Shown here piece by piece: positions 27,763 through 37,462 of a stretch of 64,000 bases of DNA. The DNA is taken from assembly GCA_041738235.1 (NCBI GenBank), contig JBGSQF010000013.1:193899-257898 (forward strand). Reading direction: 5' to 3'. The notes beneath the pieces are model-generated. The model was given only the letters and a program-made list of their open reading frames with translations, was not told the DNA's origin and ran no database searches. The stretch comes from Minisyncoccia bacterium (GTDB lineage Bacteria > Patescibacteriota > Minisyncoccia > Moranbacterales > GCA-2747515). Position 1 is the first letter of the stretch. Each line of letters starts with the position of its first letter. A program made the translations under genes and the position numbers.

Positions 27763-29889
27763 CTATCTTACAATTGCTACGCGTGCATCCAAGACCTTTC
27801 CTCCGTTCCCTTTTGAAAATATGATCAGAGGATTTATATCAGCCTCGACGATCTCCGGATGCTCCTCAAGGATTCGCGATATTCTGCCAATACTTTCTAA
27901 AAGAACCTCTTCATCCAAAAGTTCTCCACCCCGAGCACCACGGAGCAATGCTTTAGACTTGAGTTTTTCGACCATTGATATTGCATCATCCTTCGATACA
28001 GGCACAGCCCCAAAAGCCACGTCACGAAATACCTCAACATAAACACCTCCGAACCCCACCATCACCGCATGCCCCAAATTAGGATCTTTTACACTTCCTA
28101 GTATAAATTCCACGCCCTTTTCCGTGATCATTTCCGCCACAAGTATTCCATCAATATGTGCATCCGGTACGTTTTTTGCTATACGTTCCATCATCGCTTC
28201 AAATTCTTGCTCTGCCGTATCTGGAGTGACAGAAAGAGCCACTCCTCCCACATCACTCTTGTGTGCAATATCAGAAGAAAGGATCTTAAAAGCTGCTAAA
28301 CCCCCTACTGATTCAACAGCGTTACGCGCTTCTAACCCACTATGAATATTCACGCTTCGCGTCACCGAGAATCCATACGCTTCGAAAAACTCCAGCGCAT
28401 CCGAAAAGGACATATCCCCACCTTGAGTATATCTCGCAATGATCTCCTGAGCTTTACCACTCTTTTCAAAAGTAAAGTAAAGGTCATCACCCTGAGACCG
28501 TTGAGAGAGTTGAGCAAAATGATACATCATATCCAGCGAACGAATCGCTTTTTGTGGAAATCGACTTACAGGGATCTGCTCCTTGCGAAGCATTGTGATA
28601 CCTTTCTCTACATCCGTTGCACCCATGAAAACTACATAGAGCACCTTTGGGGAAGTGTGAGATAGATCAATGATCGCCTGTGCCGTTTCAGAGATTTGCG
28701 TCATTGACTGCGGTGTGAGAACAACAACCACAGAGTCCACACCCTCATCTCCCAAGAGAAGCTCCAGTGACTGACGATACCGCGAAGCATCAGCATCACC
28801 CAAAATATCGACTGGGTTATGCGAATTAGCCGCCGCAGGAAGAAAACCCTTCAGTTTCTTCTGTGTTTGCTCTGACAACTTCGCCAATTGAAGACCGCGC
28901 AAGATCACTTCATCGGTCGTGAGGACCCCAGGACCACCAGCATTCGTAAGCACCGCAACACGGTTTCCTTTTGGAAATCGTTTGGACGAAAACCCAGCTA
29001 AATATTCAAATAGATCATCAAAGTCACGGACACGAATAACACCCGCTTTTTCAAAAAGAGCATCATACACAGCATCGTTTCCGGCAATGGCGCCCGTGTG
29101 TGAAGCTGAAGCACCTGCGCCAATACTGGTAACTCCCGACTTTACAATAAGCACCGGCTTCCCACCTGCTTGAAGTTGTCGAACTGTCTCAACAAATCCT
29201 TTTGCATCGGTTAGCTGTTCCGCATACAAAACCACGATCTCCGTTTCAGGGTCATCTGCCAAAAAACGCATTAGCGCCACCTCATCGATCTGTGCTTTGT
29301 TTCCAAGACTCACGAACTTCGAGAATCCTAAGTTCATCTCTTCCGCATAGTCAAGCATAGCTGTACAAAGCGCCCCACTTTGGGACAAAAAGGCTATTGA
29401 ACCCACCCTTGGGAGACGTGTAGCAAAAGAAGCATTCATAGAAAAATGGGGGTTGATCACTCCCAAACAGTTCGGTCCCAACAGCGCAACACCGGCTGCA
29501 TCGCACATTGAACGGATCTTTTCTTCTGCTTCCACATTCCCAATTTCTCGAAAACCCGCAGAGATCACAACAACAGCAGAAACACCCTTCCCTACCGACT
29601 CGGTAACCACCTGAACAACCGCGCCTGCCGGAACTACTACGATAGAAAGATCGACCGGCTCAGGAATGTCACCGATACTTTCGTAACATTTTTTTCCATA
29701 CAATTCCGTTGCGTGGGGATTGACCGGGTACACTTCCCCTTGGAAACCCTGAGTAACCAAATTTTTCACAATGTCATTCCCAACATTCCCCTCTCGCGTG
29801 GAGGCACCGATAACAGCGATCGACCTTGGTTTAAAAAGCGCATCGTAGTTCATAGAATATTTTATTTTAGAAAAAGTTAATGCACGCAA
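27763..29889 (-). CDS. Acetyl-CoA synthetase (ADP-forming) / NDP-forming acyl-CoA synthetase, fused alpha and beta domains
   Basis: CoA-binding N-terminus (SIAVIGAS...), succinyl-CoA-synthetase-like ligase domain and a C-terminal ATP-grasp domain; 708 aa. The start is probably MNYDALF at 29853. Confidence 0.8.
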   Translation of the reverse strand: MRALTFSKIKYSMNYDALFKPRSIAVIGASTREGNVGNDIVKNLVTQGFQGEVYPVNPHATELYGKKCYESIGDIPEPVDLSIVVVPAGAVVQVVTESVGKGVSAVVVISAGFREIGNVEAEEKIRSMCDAAGVALLGPNCLGVINPHFSMNASFATRLPRVGSIAFLSQSGALCTAMLDYAEEMNLGFSKFVSLGNKAQIDEVALMRFLADDPETEIVVLYAEQLTDAKGFVETVRQLQAGGKPVLIVKSGVTSIGAGASASHTGAIAGNDAVYDALFEKAGVIRVRDFDDLFEYLAGFSSKRFPKGNRVAVLTNAGGPGVLTTDEVILRGLQLAKLSEQTQKKLKGFLPAAANSHNPVDILGDADASRYRQSLELLLGDEGVDSVVVVLTPQSMTQISETAQAIIDLSHTSPKVLYVVFMGATDVEKGITMLRKEQIPVSRFPQKAIRSLDMMYHFAQLSQRSQGDDLYFTFEKSGKAQEIIARYTQGGDMSFSDALEFFEAYGFSVTRSVNIHSGLEARNAVESVGGLAAFKILSSDIAHKSDVGGVALSVTPDTAEQEFEAMMERIAKNVPDAHIDGILVAEMITEKGVEFILGSVKDPNLGHAVMVGFGGVYVEVFRDVAFGAVPVSKDDAISMVEKLKSKALLRGARGGELLDEEVLLESIGRISRILEEHPEIVEADINPLIIFSKGNGGKVLDARVAIVR

Positions 29890-29928
29890 CCCGATCAGTG
29901 CCTTCTGATCAAAATACCTCCGACCACA

Positions 29929-31566
29929 TCACATCTTCTCAGGAACGCTCACCCCACATAAATCCAATGTCTCAGCAAGAGCCGTTTTGACAGCCACGAC
30001 CAATGCCAATCGTGCAGAAGCGATCCTTAGATCCTTTTCCCCAGTAATATGACATTCCGCATAGAACGAATGGAAAAGGTCTGCCAGCTCACGCCCGTAT
30101 TGCGGGATCCGATGCGTTTCATAGGTATCAGCCACAACCTCTATAAGATCAGGAAAAGCTCTTAATTTTCGAAGAAGCGCTTTTTCTTTTGGATGCACCA
30201 AAGTTGAAAAGTCTTTTTCCTCCATCCTCAATCCCTTTTCTTTTGCCTTTCGCATAATACTTGCCATTCTTGCGTGCGCATATTGTACATAATATACGGG
30301 GTTTTTCTCAGATCGCTCCAACGCTAGATCGATATCGAAATTAATATGCGATGTAGCCGAATAAGAAATAAACCCAAAACGCACCGCATCTCTTCCCACT
30401 TCCTCAATAAGGTCATCCAAGGCAAAATACGTCCCCTTGCGTTTTGACATCTTCACCTCTTTTCCATCGCGCATCACTCGAACAAATTGTGTAAGGATCG
30501 TCTTGTAAGATCCTTCCTGTTTTTCCAATATTTTTTCCACAAATACTTTCATTTCCTTTGCCTCGCTGTGATGATCGGCACCGAGAACGGTGATGAGTCG
30601 ATCAAACCCTCGATCAAATTTATCCTTATGGTATGCAAAGTCAGCCAGACGATAGGTATAACGTCCATCTGTTTTCACTAATACACGATCTTTGTCATCT
30701 CCAAATTCCGTCGATCGGTACCATTGAGCCCCTTCTTTTTCGTAGACCAACCCTTTACCCTTTAAAAACGAAAGAACCGCCTCAACCTTCCCATCAGTAT
30801 GCAAGCTCTTCTCAGAGAAGAATCGGTCAAAAGAAATACCAAGTCGTTCACAGGTTGGCTGAATGTCCTCCTTAAGGATCTTCTCCGCAGCCCAGAATCC
30901 CACCTCTCGCGGATCCGTTGGTTCTGCCGGTCTTTGCTTGGCAAGTTCATCAATATACGCCCCGGAGTACTGTTTTTCTTCATCTCCCAGAATAGAATGT
31001 CCCAATATCTTTACTTGATTACCAAAATCGTTGACATAGAATTCGCTCCACACTTTATAGCCTGCTTTTTTGAGAACCTCCGCCAATACACTTCCGATCG
31101 GTCCTCCTCGAGCATTCCCCAAATGAATGGGCCCCGTAGGATTGGAAGATATATATTCCAGAAGAACTTTCTGGCCTTTTCCTACTTGAGATCCCCCAAA
31201 CTGTTCCTGCTCCTGAAGCACTTGAGAAATGATATTTTGTAATGAAGTAGCTGTGCTATAGATATTCACATATCCAGGCATGACCGCCTCTACATGATCG
31301 ATCTGTTCTCCCCGCAAAACTGAGGCGATCTCACGGGCGATCTCGATAGGTGCTTTGTGCAGTTTTTTTGATAACAAAAAGGCCACGTTGGTAGTGTAAT
31401 CCCCCATCGCTTCCTCAGGCGGATACTCTACCAAAATGTCCTCCGATGAGATGTCCCACCCAAGGCCCTGAATAGCGTCAAAAATGGTCTGCTGTATATA
31501 TTGCTTCATATTCCGCAGTATATCTGTTTTCCTTGAAAAAATCAAAATTACCCCCATTAAAAACAA
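29929..31566 (-). CDS. argS: Arginine--tRNA ligase (start probably MKQYIQQ at 31509)
   Basis: HIGH-region equivalent PTGPIHLGNARG, KMSKRKG (KMSK) motif and the DALR anticodon-binding C-terminus. Confidence 0.9.
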   Translation of the reverse strand: MFLMGVILIFSRKTDILRNMKQYIQQTIFDAIQGLGWDISSEDILVEYPPEEAMGDYTTNVAFLLSKKLHKAPIEIAREIASVLRGEQIDHVEAVMPGYVNIYSTATSLQNIISQVLQEQEQFGGSQVGKGQKVLLEYISSNPTGPIHLGNARGGPIGSVLAEVLKKAGYKVWSEFYVNDFGNQVKILGHSILGDEEKQYSGAYIDELAKQRPAEPTDPREVGFWAAEKILKEDIQPTCERLGISFDRFFSEKSLHTDGKVEAVLSFLKGKGLVYEKEGAQWYRSTEFGDDKDRVLVKTDGRYTYRLADFAYHKDKFDRGFDRLITVLGADHHSEAKEMKVFVEKILEKQEGSYKTILTQFVRVMRDGKEVKMSKRKGTYFALDDLIEEVGRDAVRFGFISYSATSHINFDIDLALERSEKNPVYYVQYAHARMASIMRKAKEKGLRMEEKDFSTLVHPKEKALLRKLRAFPDLIEVVADTYETHRIPQYGRELADLFHSFYAECHITGEKDLRIASARLALVVAVKTALAETLDLCGVSVPEKM

Positions 31567-31599
31567 AGACCCGCCGAAGCAGATCTCTGCCGGTAGGGT

Positions 31600-32058
31600 T
31601 TACCTCACTATCTCAAATCCTTCTCTTCGAACATCTTTCTTCAACTCTGCGGTAAGGACCTCTCCACCCGGAACAAACAGCTTCTTTTTCCCGGAAAGAT
31701 ATAGATGCGATACCCAGATACCATTCACAAGAGCGCACTTCGTCCACCCTTGAACCCGTGGATGCAAAAGACCTCCCTCCATTGCTTCCCATATTTGTAA
31801 GATTCCCCGAGTAAACGAAGTTCCAGTAGAAATATAATCCAGAACATGTCTTACCCTGTCCGGACGATGCCGCTCCTCTCCATCTCCTTTAAGCCATTCG
31901 CATCGAAATCCCTTGCATGATTCTGGACGAGACTGATATATTTGGCAACCCTGTCCAGGAATACAGTGGGGACACCATTTCCCAACCGGTTTATCAAGCT
32001 CGCAAATCTTATGCGTCTTGCAGCATGCGGTACACGGGCCACATGTTCGAATCATCAC
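31600..32058 (-). CDS. YkgJ-family CxxCxxCC cysteine-cluster protein
   Basis: N-terminal CGPCTACC...CPHC...C..F.C matches the putative Zn/Fe-chelating CxxCxxCC domain. Confidence 0.55.
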   Translation of the reverse strand: MMIRTCGPCTACCKTHKICELDKPVGKWCPHCIPGQGCQIYQSRPESCKGFRCEWLKGDGEERHRPDRVRHVLDYISTGTSFTRGILQIWEAMEGGLLHPRVQGWTKCALVNGIWVSHLYLSGKKKLFVPGGEVLTAELKKDVRREGFEIVR

Positions 32059-32181
32059 GTGCTTACTCCTCTAAGGAACTGAATGTATTCATCGTAACAT
32101 TAGACCCACATATGTCAAAACATACTCAATTGAAAAGATTCTCTTTTCAAAACGTATCAATAAGTAGAATACCTCGGTATC

Positions 32182-32210
32182 TTGCCACATTTTAAATATT
32201 CCTCTATAAT
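32182..32210 (+). promoter_or_regulatory. Sigma70-like promoter TTGCCA-17-TATAAT ending 8 nt before ATG 32219; the transcript is likely leaderless or nearly so
   Basis: -35 at 32182-32187 and -10 at 32205-32210; no room for a Shine-Dalgarno sequence. Confidence 0.45.
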
Positions 32211-32218
32211 AAAATCAA

Positions 32219-33019
32219 ATGACAACTCTAAAATATAAAAATAAAAGTATGTCGGATGAAACCACACAGACAGGAGAGTTGAGCCAAGATCAGGCAATGA
32301 AGATGCAGTCACTCCGCGAAATGATCTCCAACGCCGAAAAGACCATCCAAGGTGCCAAGGCGATGCTTTTGCAATTGGAGGGGAAAAAGAAGGCGGGACG
32401 CCGTCGAAAAATGGAGGAAGATGAAGATGGTGGGACGATCGTACAAGGAACCTTTGACGGTCAGATTATGCTTGGATCCGACGGAAAACAGTATCCCGTA
32501 CCAGCAAACTACGCATCAAAATCGAAACTTGTTGAAGGTGATCTCTTGAAACTCCACATTACGCCGGAAGGATCCTTTATTTACAAACAAATTGGTCCGG
32601 TAGAACGAAAACATGCTCTTGGTATTGTCACCCAGGACGAAGGTGGAAACTATATTGTGATCGCCGACGGGAAACCTTACCGCATACTCCTTGCTTCCAT
32701 CACCTACTTTAAAGCTCAACCAGGCGATGAAGCGGCAATAGTCACCTCGCGTGATATCGATAGCCACTGGGCATCCCTTGAAAACATCGTACAAAAAGCA
32801 AAGTACGGTGCTGAAGACCTCTCTTCATTGGGAAGCATAAAGACGAAGCAAGCCGCCCCGAATTCGCAAAAAATCATAGACGACCCCCAAGAAACTCAGG
32901 AAGAGGATGAAGAGGATGACGAAAATTCTGAAGATCTTTTGGAGGAGTGGCGTGCCGATATCGAGGCCATAGAAAAAGAGATTGCCGAAAGCGAGAAACA
33001 AAAGACACCAGCGGAATAA
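32219..33019 (+). CDS. Hypothetical protein with a strongly acidic C-terminal tail
   Basis: 266-aa ORF; the C-terminus is rich in DEEDEEDDENSEDLLEEW. Confidence 0.45.
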   Translation: MTTLKYKNKSMSDETTQTGELSQDQAMKMQSLREMISNAEKTIQGAKAMLLQLEGKKKAGRRRKMEEDEDGGTIVQGTFDGQIMLGSDGKQYPVPANYASKSKLVEGDLLKLHITPEGSFIYKQIGPVERKHALGIVTQDEGGNYIVIADGKPYRILLASITYFKAQPGDEAAIVTSRDIDSHWASLENIVQKAKYGAEDLSSLGSIKTKQAAPNSQKIIDDPQETQEEDEEDDENSEDLLEEWRADIEAIEKEIAESEKQKTPAE

Positions 33020-33032
33020 TCACACTAATTAA

Positions 33033-33701
33033 ATGTCTTTCTCTCCCTCGGAAGAAGGGAGAGAATCTTTATGGAACGGTATGAACACACAAAAAAGTTC
33101 CGCCTCTCTTACTTCTCGAGACCTCGTATTCGGAGCGATCAATGGTGCGGTATTCGGTCTCATGGCATCATTCGTAGCCAAAAATCTTGGGCACACTCTT
33201 AGTCCGGTCATTTCATTTCTTGGATTTTCAATACTAGCCGTGGTTGGTATCTATATTGGATATCTTCTCTCAAAGGTCAAGCCCTTTTTCTTCCAACTTG
33301 CCAAATTTGCCGCTGTTGGAGCCGCTAATTTTTCCATTGACTTTGGAGTATACAATCTCCTCATTCTCTTCACTCAGGTCAACACGGGACTCGGTATCGA
33401 CCTCTTTAAAGGGATCTCGTTCCTCGCTGCAGTGACCAACAGCTACTTTTGGAACAAACACTGGTCATTCTCCAAGGAAGACTCGAACTCATCCGAGAAA
33501 GAGTTTGTACTGTTTCTTACTGTGAGCGTCATAGGAGCTGTGCTCAGCATCGGCATGGTACATGTCCTTGTAAACATCATCGGAAGCCCCGCCTCTAACA
33601 TCTCTGCCAATATGTGGGCCAACATCGCGAATATCGCAGCAACGCTTGTGGTACTCATGTGGAACTTTCTCGGGTATAAGTACATCGTGTTCAAGAAGTA
33701 A
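33033..33701 (+). CDS. GtrA-family membrane protein (polysaccharide-synthesis/flippase-associated)
   Basis: Four TM helices with the GtrA-like motif FAAVGAANFSIDFGVYNLL. Confidence 0.75.
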   Translation: MSFSPSEEGRESLWNGMNTQKSSASLTSRDLVFGAINGAVFGLMASFVAKNLGHTLSPVISFLGFSILAVVGIYIGYLLSKVKPFFFQLAKFAAVGAANFSIDFGVYNLLILFTQVNTGLGIDLFKGISFLAAVTNSYFWNKHWSFSKEDSNSSEKEFVLFLTVSVIGAVLSIGMVHVLVNIIGSPASNISANMWANIANIAATLVVLMWNFLGYKYIVFKK

Positions 33702-33716
33702 CTTTCTTCCTCTTCG

Positions 33717-33750
33717 CAAAACCCCTTCTTATTTGAAGGGGTTTTGTTAT
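33717..33750 (+). terminator. Intrinsic terminator after the GtrA-family gene
   Basis: CAAAACCCC-12 nt-GGGGTTTTG followed by TTAT. Confidence 0.55.
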
Positions 33751-33864
33751 AGAACCTTTTGCACCCCAATACAAAACACCTTTCTCTTTCCTTAAAAATC
33801 GGCTATACTATACTTCGTCATGACTTAGTAGACTAGGTGAACCTATAAACTTTACGGACATCTT

Positions 33865-35490
33865 ATGGAAACACTCTACCGAAAATACCGTCCCAAGAAC
33901 TTTTCTGAGGTAGAAGGACAAACACACATCGTTAAAACCCTCAAAAATACTATAACAGCCGGACGAATAGGTCACGCCTACCTTTTTACCGGACCCCGAG
34001 GAACAGGAAAGACCACCATTGCTCGAATATTCTCCCTTGCGCTCAACTGTCTCAAACCAAAGAATGGCGACCCCTGTGGCAAATGCACCAGTTGCCTCAA
34101 GATCCTTAAGGGATCCTCTCTCAGCATCATAGAGATCGACGCTGCTTCCCATACCGGAGTAGACAATATTCGACAACTGCGTGAAGAAGCGATCCTTCCA
34201 CCACTCGATGGCGCACGCTACAAGGTCTACATCATCGACGAAGTGCATATGCTTTCCAAAGGTGCCTTTAACGCACTGCTCAAGATACTCGAAGAACCAC
34301 CCAAGCACATCATATTCATTCTCGCCACCACCGAAATACAAAAGGTCCCCGAGACCATTATATCTCGCTGTCAACGATATGACTTTGGTCGACTCCCTCT
34401 CGGAAACATCATCGACAAACTTTCTCGCATCGCCAAAGAAGAAAAGGTAAAGCTCGATCCGGAAGTATTGGAGATGGTGGCTGTGGCTTCAGCGGGAGGT
34501 ATGCGAGATGCAGAATCCCTCCTCTCTCAACTCTTTTCAGCCAACGATAAAGACATCTCCGCAAAGGAAGCAGAAGAGATCCTTGGTTTTTCCCATCGTC
34601 ATACTGTTCGTGCCTTCATTGACGCCCTCGTCGAAAACAATATACTTCAAGCGCTCCGCTACATCGAAGAAGCATCAGAGAACGGATACAATCTCGACCA
34701 CTTCGTAGAAACTCTGCTGTACCAATTAAGACGAATGCTTTTTCTTCGCGTCTCACCCGATATGCAAAATGATCTCAAAAATGAAATGACCAAAGAAGAA
34801 CTCACCAAGGTGCTTGAGCAGATCAAGCCTCTCTCGCTCTCTTGGATCGTTCGTGCCATTGATACCTTCCTTGCGGCACGTATCTCCATGCGATCCTCTT
34901 TTCTCCCTCAGATCCCTCTCGAAACAGCTGTGGTAAAGATCCTCGATACAGCGTCTACCACAACACCTCCTCCCACTCCTCCCGCTAACAACACACAACC
35001 AAAAACGCAACCCACTTCCGCACCTCAAAAAGAGAATGTTCCAACAACAAAACTTGCTCAAGAGGTCAAGGTCGATACCCCCAAGATATCGAATGCTGAA
35101 GATACCCCTTCCCCATCTTCTCCATCTGAAGAAGATCTTCCAGAGCCTTCCAGATCGCCCCAACGAGCCTCATTTTCCCTCGAGGAGGTCTTTACCATAT
35201 GGCAACAGTGCCTTGACCAAACAAAGGAAAAAAATGCACTCCTTGGAACATTTTTACGCAATAGTAGCGTGACCAAAACAGAAGGAAACTCGGTGTTCAT
35301 TACCACCTCCAGTGAATTCTACAAAAGCGCTCTCGAGAAACAAGAAAATCGTTTGACAATAGAGACTATTCTAGGTATCCTTTTAAACACTCGTGTTTCT
35401 ATTCACATCAGTATTGGAGTTCCTGAGGCAGAAAAACCGGATCCACTCATCCAAAATGTCATAGAGGCATTTAGAAATGCGATCGGATAA
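33865..35490 (+). CDS. dnaX: DNA polymerase III subunit gamma/tau
   Basis: AAA+ clamp-loader motifs GPRGTGKTT and DEVHMLS, a Zn module CxxC..C..C, SRC and a Pro/Thr-rich linker. Confidence 0.95.
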   Translation: METLYRKYRPKNFSEVEGQTHIVKTLKNTITAGRIGHAYLFTGPRGTGKTTIARIFSLALNCLKPKNGDPCGKCTSCLKILKGSSLSIIEIDAASHTGVDNIRQLREEAILPPLDGARYKVYIIDEVHMLSKGAFNALLKILEEPPKHIIFILATTEIQKVPETIISRCQRYDFGRLPLGNIIDKLSRIAKEEKVKLDPEVLEMVAVASAGGMRDAESLLSQLFSANDKDISAKEAEEILGFSHRHTVRAFIDALVENNILQALRYIEEASENGYNLDHFVETLLYQLRRMLFLRVSPDMQNDLKNEMTKEELTKVLEQIKPLSLSWIVRAIDTFLAARISMRSSFLPQIPLETAVVKILDTASTTTPPPTPPANNTQPKTQPTSAPQKENVPTTKLAQEVKVDTPKISNAEDTPSPSSPSEEDLPEPSRSPQRASFSLEEVFTIWQQCLDQTKEKNALLGTFLRNSSVTKTEGNSVFITTSSEFYKSALEKQENRLTIETILGILLNTRVSIHISIGVPEAEKPDPLIQNVIEAFRNAIG

Positions 35491-35561
35491 AGATAGAACG
35501 ATCCCTTCCCCTGTATTTCCCATTATAGGAAGGTTTGTTGTTGTTCAGGGATCAATAAAAT

Positions 35562-35633
35562 TGGGGCGTAGCCAAGCGGTAAGGCAGGGGCCTTTGAAGC
35601 CCCCATGCGTAGGTTCGAATCCTACCGCCCCAG
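35562..35633 (+). tRNA. tRNA-Gln (anticodon UUG)
   Basis: The cloverleaf aligns position-by-position with E. coli tRNA-Gln: U1-A72, D-arm GCCAAGCGGTAAGGC, anticodon loop CUUUGAA and T-arm GTAGGTTCGAATCCTAC. No CCA is encoded. Confidence 0.85.
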
Positions 35634-35640
35634 CTAACAA

Positions 35641-35676
35641 AATATTCCACCCTTCTTGGGTGGAATATTTTTGTTT
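35641..35676 (+). terminator. Intrinsic terminator after tRNA-Gln
   Basis: 12-bp stem AATATTCCACCC/GGGTGGAATATT with a 5-nt loop and a T-run. Confidence 0.65.
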
Positions 35677-35869
35677 AGACACAGTAGGATTTGAACGGGA
35701 GGGGATCGGGGAACGGAAGCTCCCCGTCGGGGGTGACCAAGTCTATCTGTTCTAATAAATAGATGAGGACAAGAGGACGGAAGCCTTATTGAAGCGAAGC
35801 GTGTGAGATTCCTACCGCTCTAGTACCCTACTAAAAATACCCCTATAAAGCCATTTTTTTGTTACGTGC

Positions 35870-36415
35870 TTGACAATGAGTATAAAATATGCTATACTCT
35901 CATGTTACAGTACAGTTCTTTACAAGGATGTCATTGCTAATTCTTCCTATATCGAAGGGTATTGGGCTGGAAAAGTTGGAGAGAATTGGCAAGCTCTTAT
36001 CCAAGCCTCCTACTTCTCCCTGGGTTACCTCAACAGCACCAGGGACGCCGACACCATCCAGATTAAGAGTCGACTGCAGTACACAGGGTGGATGGTTCGA
36101 CCTTTCGTTGATGTTCGAGGGCAATACTTTCTCCCCACCGGGGAGGCAGGTGTTGCCTATTCCGCCTTCGGTGCTGAATGGAGTACTGAGACCCGCCTCG
36201 GGACACTCTCTCTATCGGGACTGACAGCATATGACTCAACGCCGTTTCTCCCCAACCATGCCTGGCTCGGAGAGGTCGATGCCGGCCTCTGGCATTCCTT
36301 GGGCAAAAATACTCAAGTTGGCGCTTGGGGGAAGTGGATCACTCCCCTCTCCAGCTTCAATAGCGAAGAACGTGGAGGCCTTGTCGCCGGGATCGGATTC
36401 AAGCATGTTTTCTAA
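35870..36415 (+). CDS. Hypothetical protein with an outer-membrane-barrel-like C-terminus (…GIGFKHVF)
   Basis: 181-aa ORF in a compositionally distinct stretch just 3' of the tRNA. It has alternating hydrophobic residues and a terminal aromatic Phe. The start is uncertain and no signal peptide is apparent. Confidence 0.3.
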   Translation: MTMSIKYAILSCYSTVLYKDVIANSSYIEGYWAGKVGENWQALIQASYFSLGYLNSTRDADTIQIKSRLQYTGWMVRPFVDVRGQYFLPTGEAGVAYSAFGAEWSTETRLGTLSLSGLTAYDSTPFLPNHAWLGEVDAGLWHSLGKNTQVGAWGKWITPLSSFNSEERGGLVAGIGFKHVF

Positions 36416-36759
36416 CTAATGATGGGGATGTACAAGGACGTGCACTCCTCCAGAAGGATCTTTCAGGATAAGAAAGATCTTCGATCAGCAAGGAAGCTCA
36501 ACATATCTATGTTGGGCTTTTAAAATTCTTAGATTTGCTTACGGTGTGCAAGATATGAGTTCCATATCATCCCCTATTCGTATAGCTTCATAAAAAAATA
36601 GCCCAGAAGAGCTATTTTTTATTTTTTTTCAATGAATACAGGTAGCTAGAATACAGATGGCTACTGAGCCCCTACCCTCTCGCCGTCAAGGTCGCTCGGG
36701 GACCCGCTCTCTTGGCTGTGAGTGTCATGCATTACAGATATCGGAGCTAGAACCTCAAT

Positions 36760-37264
36760 TTAAAACATTCTCAAATGTTTTACCAAGAAAGCATCATTCT
36801 GCGCGTGGGCTGTTGGAATATGAATAATGGGAAGATTGGCATTTTTGTATACTTTATCTACAAATTCGTCTCGTTTCCTTCTCCAATAATTTCTATGTGA
36901 TTCCCCATCCAATTCTATGGCAACGAGAGGGAAAGAAGTTTTCCGATCGCACAAAAGAAAGTCAACGTGCTTGGATTGTATCTTGTTTCGTAAAACGGCC
37001 TTTGTACTTTGGCTTTGATTTTGTACAACACTAAAAATATCCCAAAGGCGCACTTTCGAAAGAACGACGTATTTATCCCCCACAACGCGTGTGATCGATC
37101 GTATCGTAAAATTTTCTTTCCGAATGGTTAAACAGTGCTCGTATCACATACATTGGCTCGGTCATTTCCTCTACCATCTTCCTCTGTCGTTTTTTTAGGT
37201 ATGCCCCAAACAAGACTAGAAAGAGAAAAAGTATAATGAGAACGAGCAGAAAGATGTATTGCAT
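36760..37264 (-). pseudogene. DUF2726/NERD-like nuclease-fold gene split by a frameshift at a G5 run (~37075-37083)
   Basis: The N-terminal TM segment plus ...SERKFYDTIDHTRCGG* (37073..37264) and DKYVVLSKVRLWDIF...DFLLCDRKTSFPLVAIELDGESH (36760..37083) are contiguous DUF2726 sequence in two frames. Removing one G from GGGGG fuses them. Confidence 0.55.
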
Positions 37265-37462
37265 ATTTTTTTCAATAAAAAAGATCCCACATCGGCAATA
37301 CTCTTTCTGGCACTCATGCCACTTTCGAGATATAACCAAATACATGATACCGATCGCGAGACCGTTACTATGTACTTGAATTTGAGACCATGCCCTAGCA
37401 AAAACTATGGTTTAGGCCTATAATTCAGTTGTTGGCAATATTATATCACATTCTGAAACATT

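Noticed and set aside
35680-35830. Second tRNA or tRNA pseudogene downstream of tRNA-Gln
   Set aside because: T-arm-like fragments are present, but no complete cloverleaf (acceptor, D or anticodon arms) could be folded on either strand. They are treated as integration-scar-like repeats within a finding instead.
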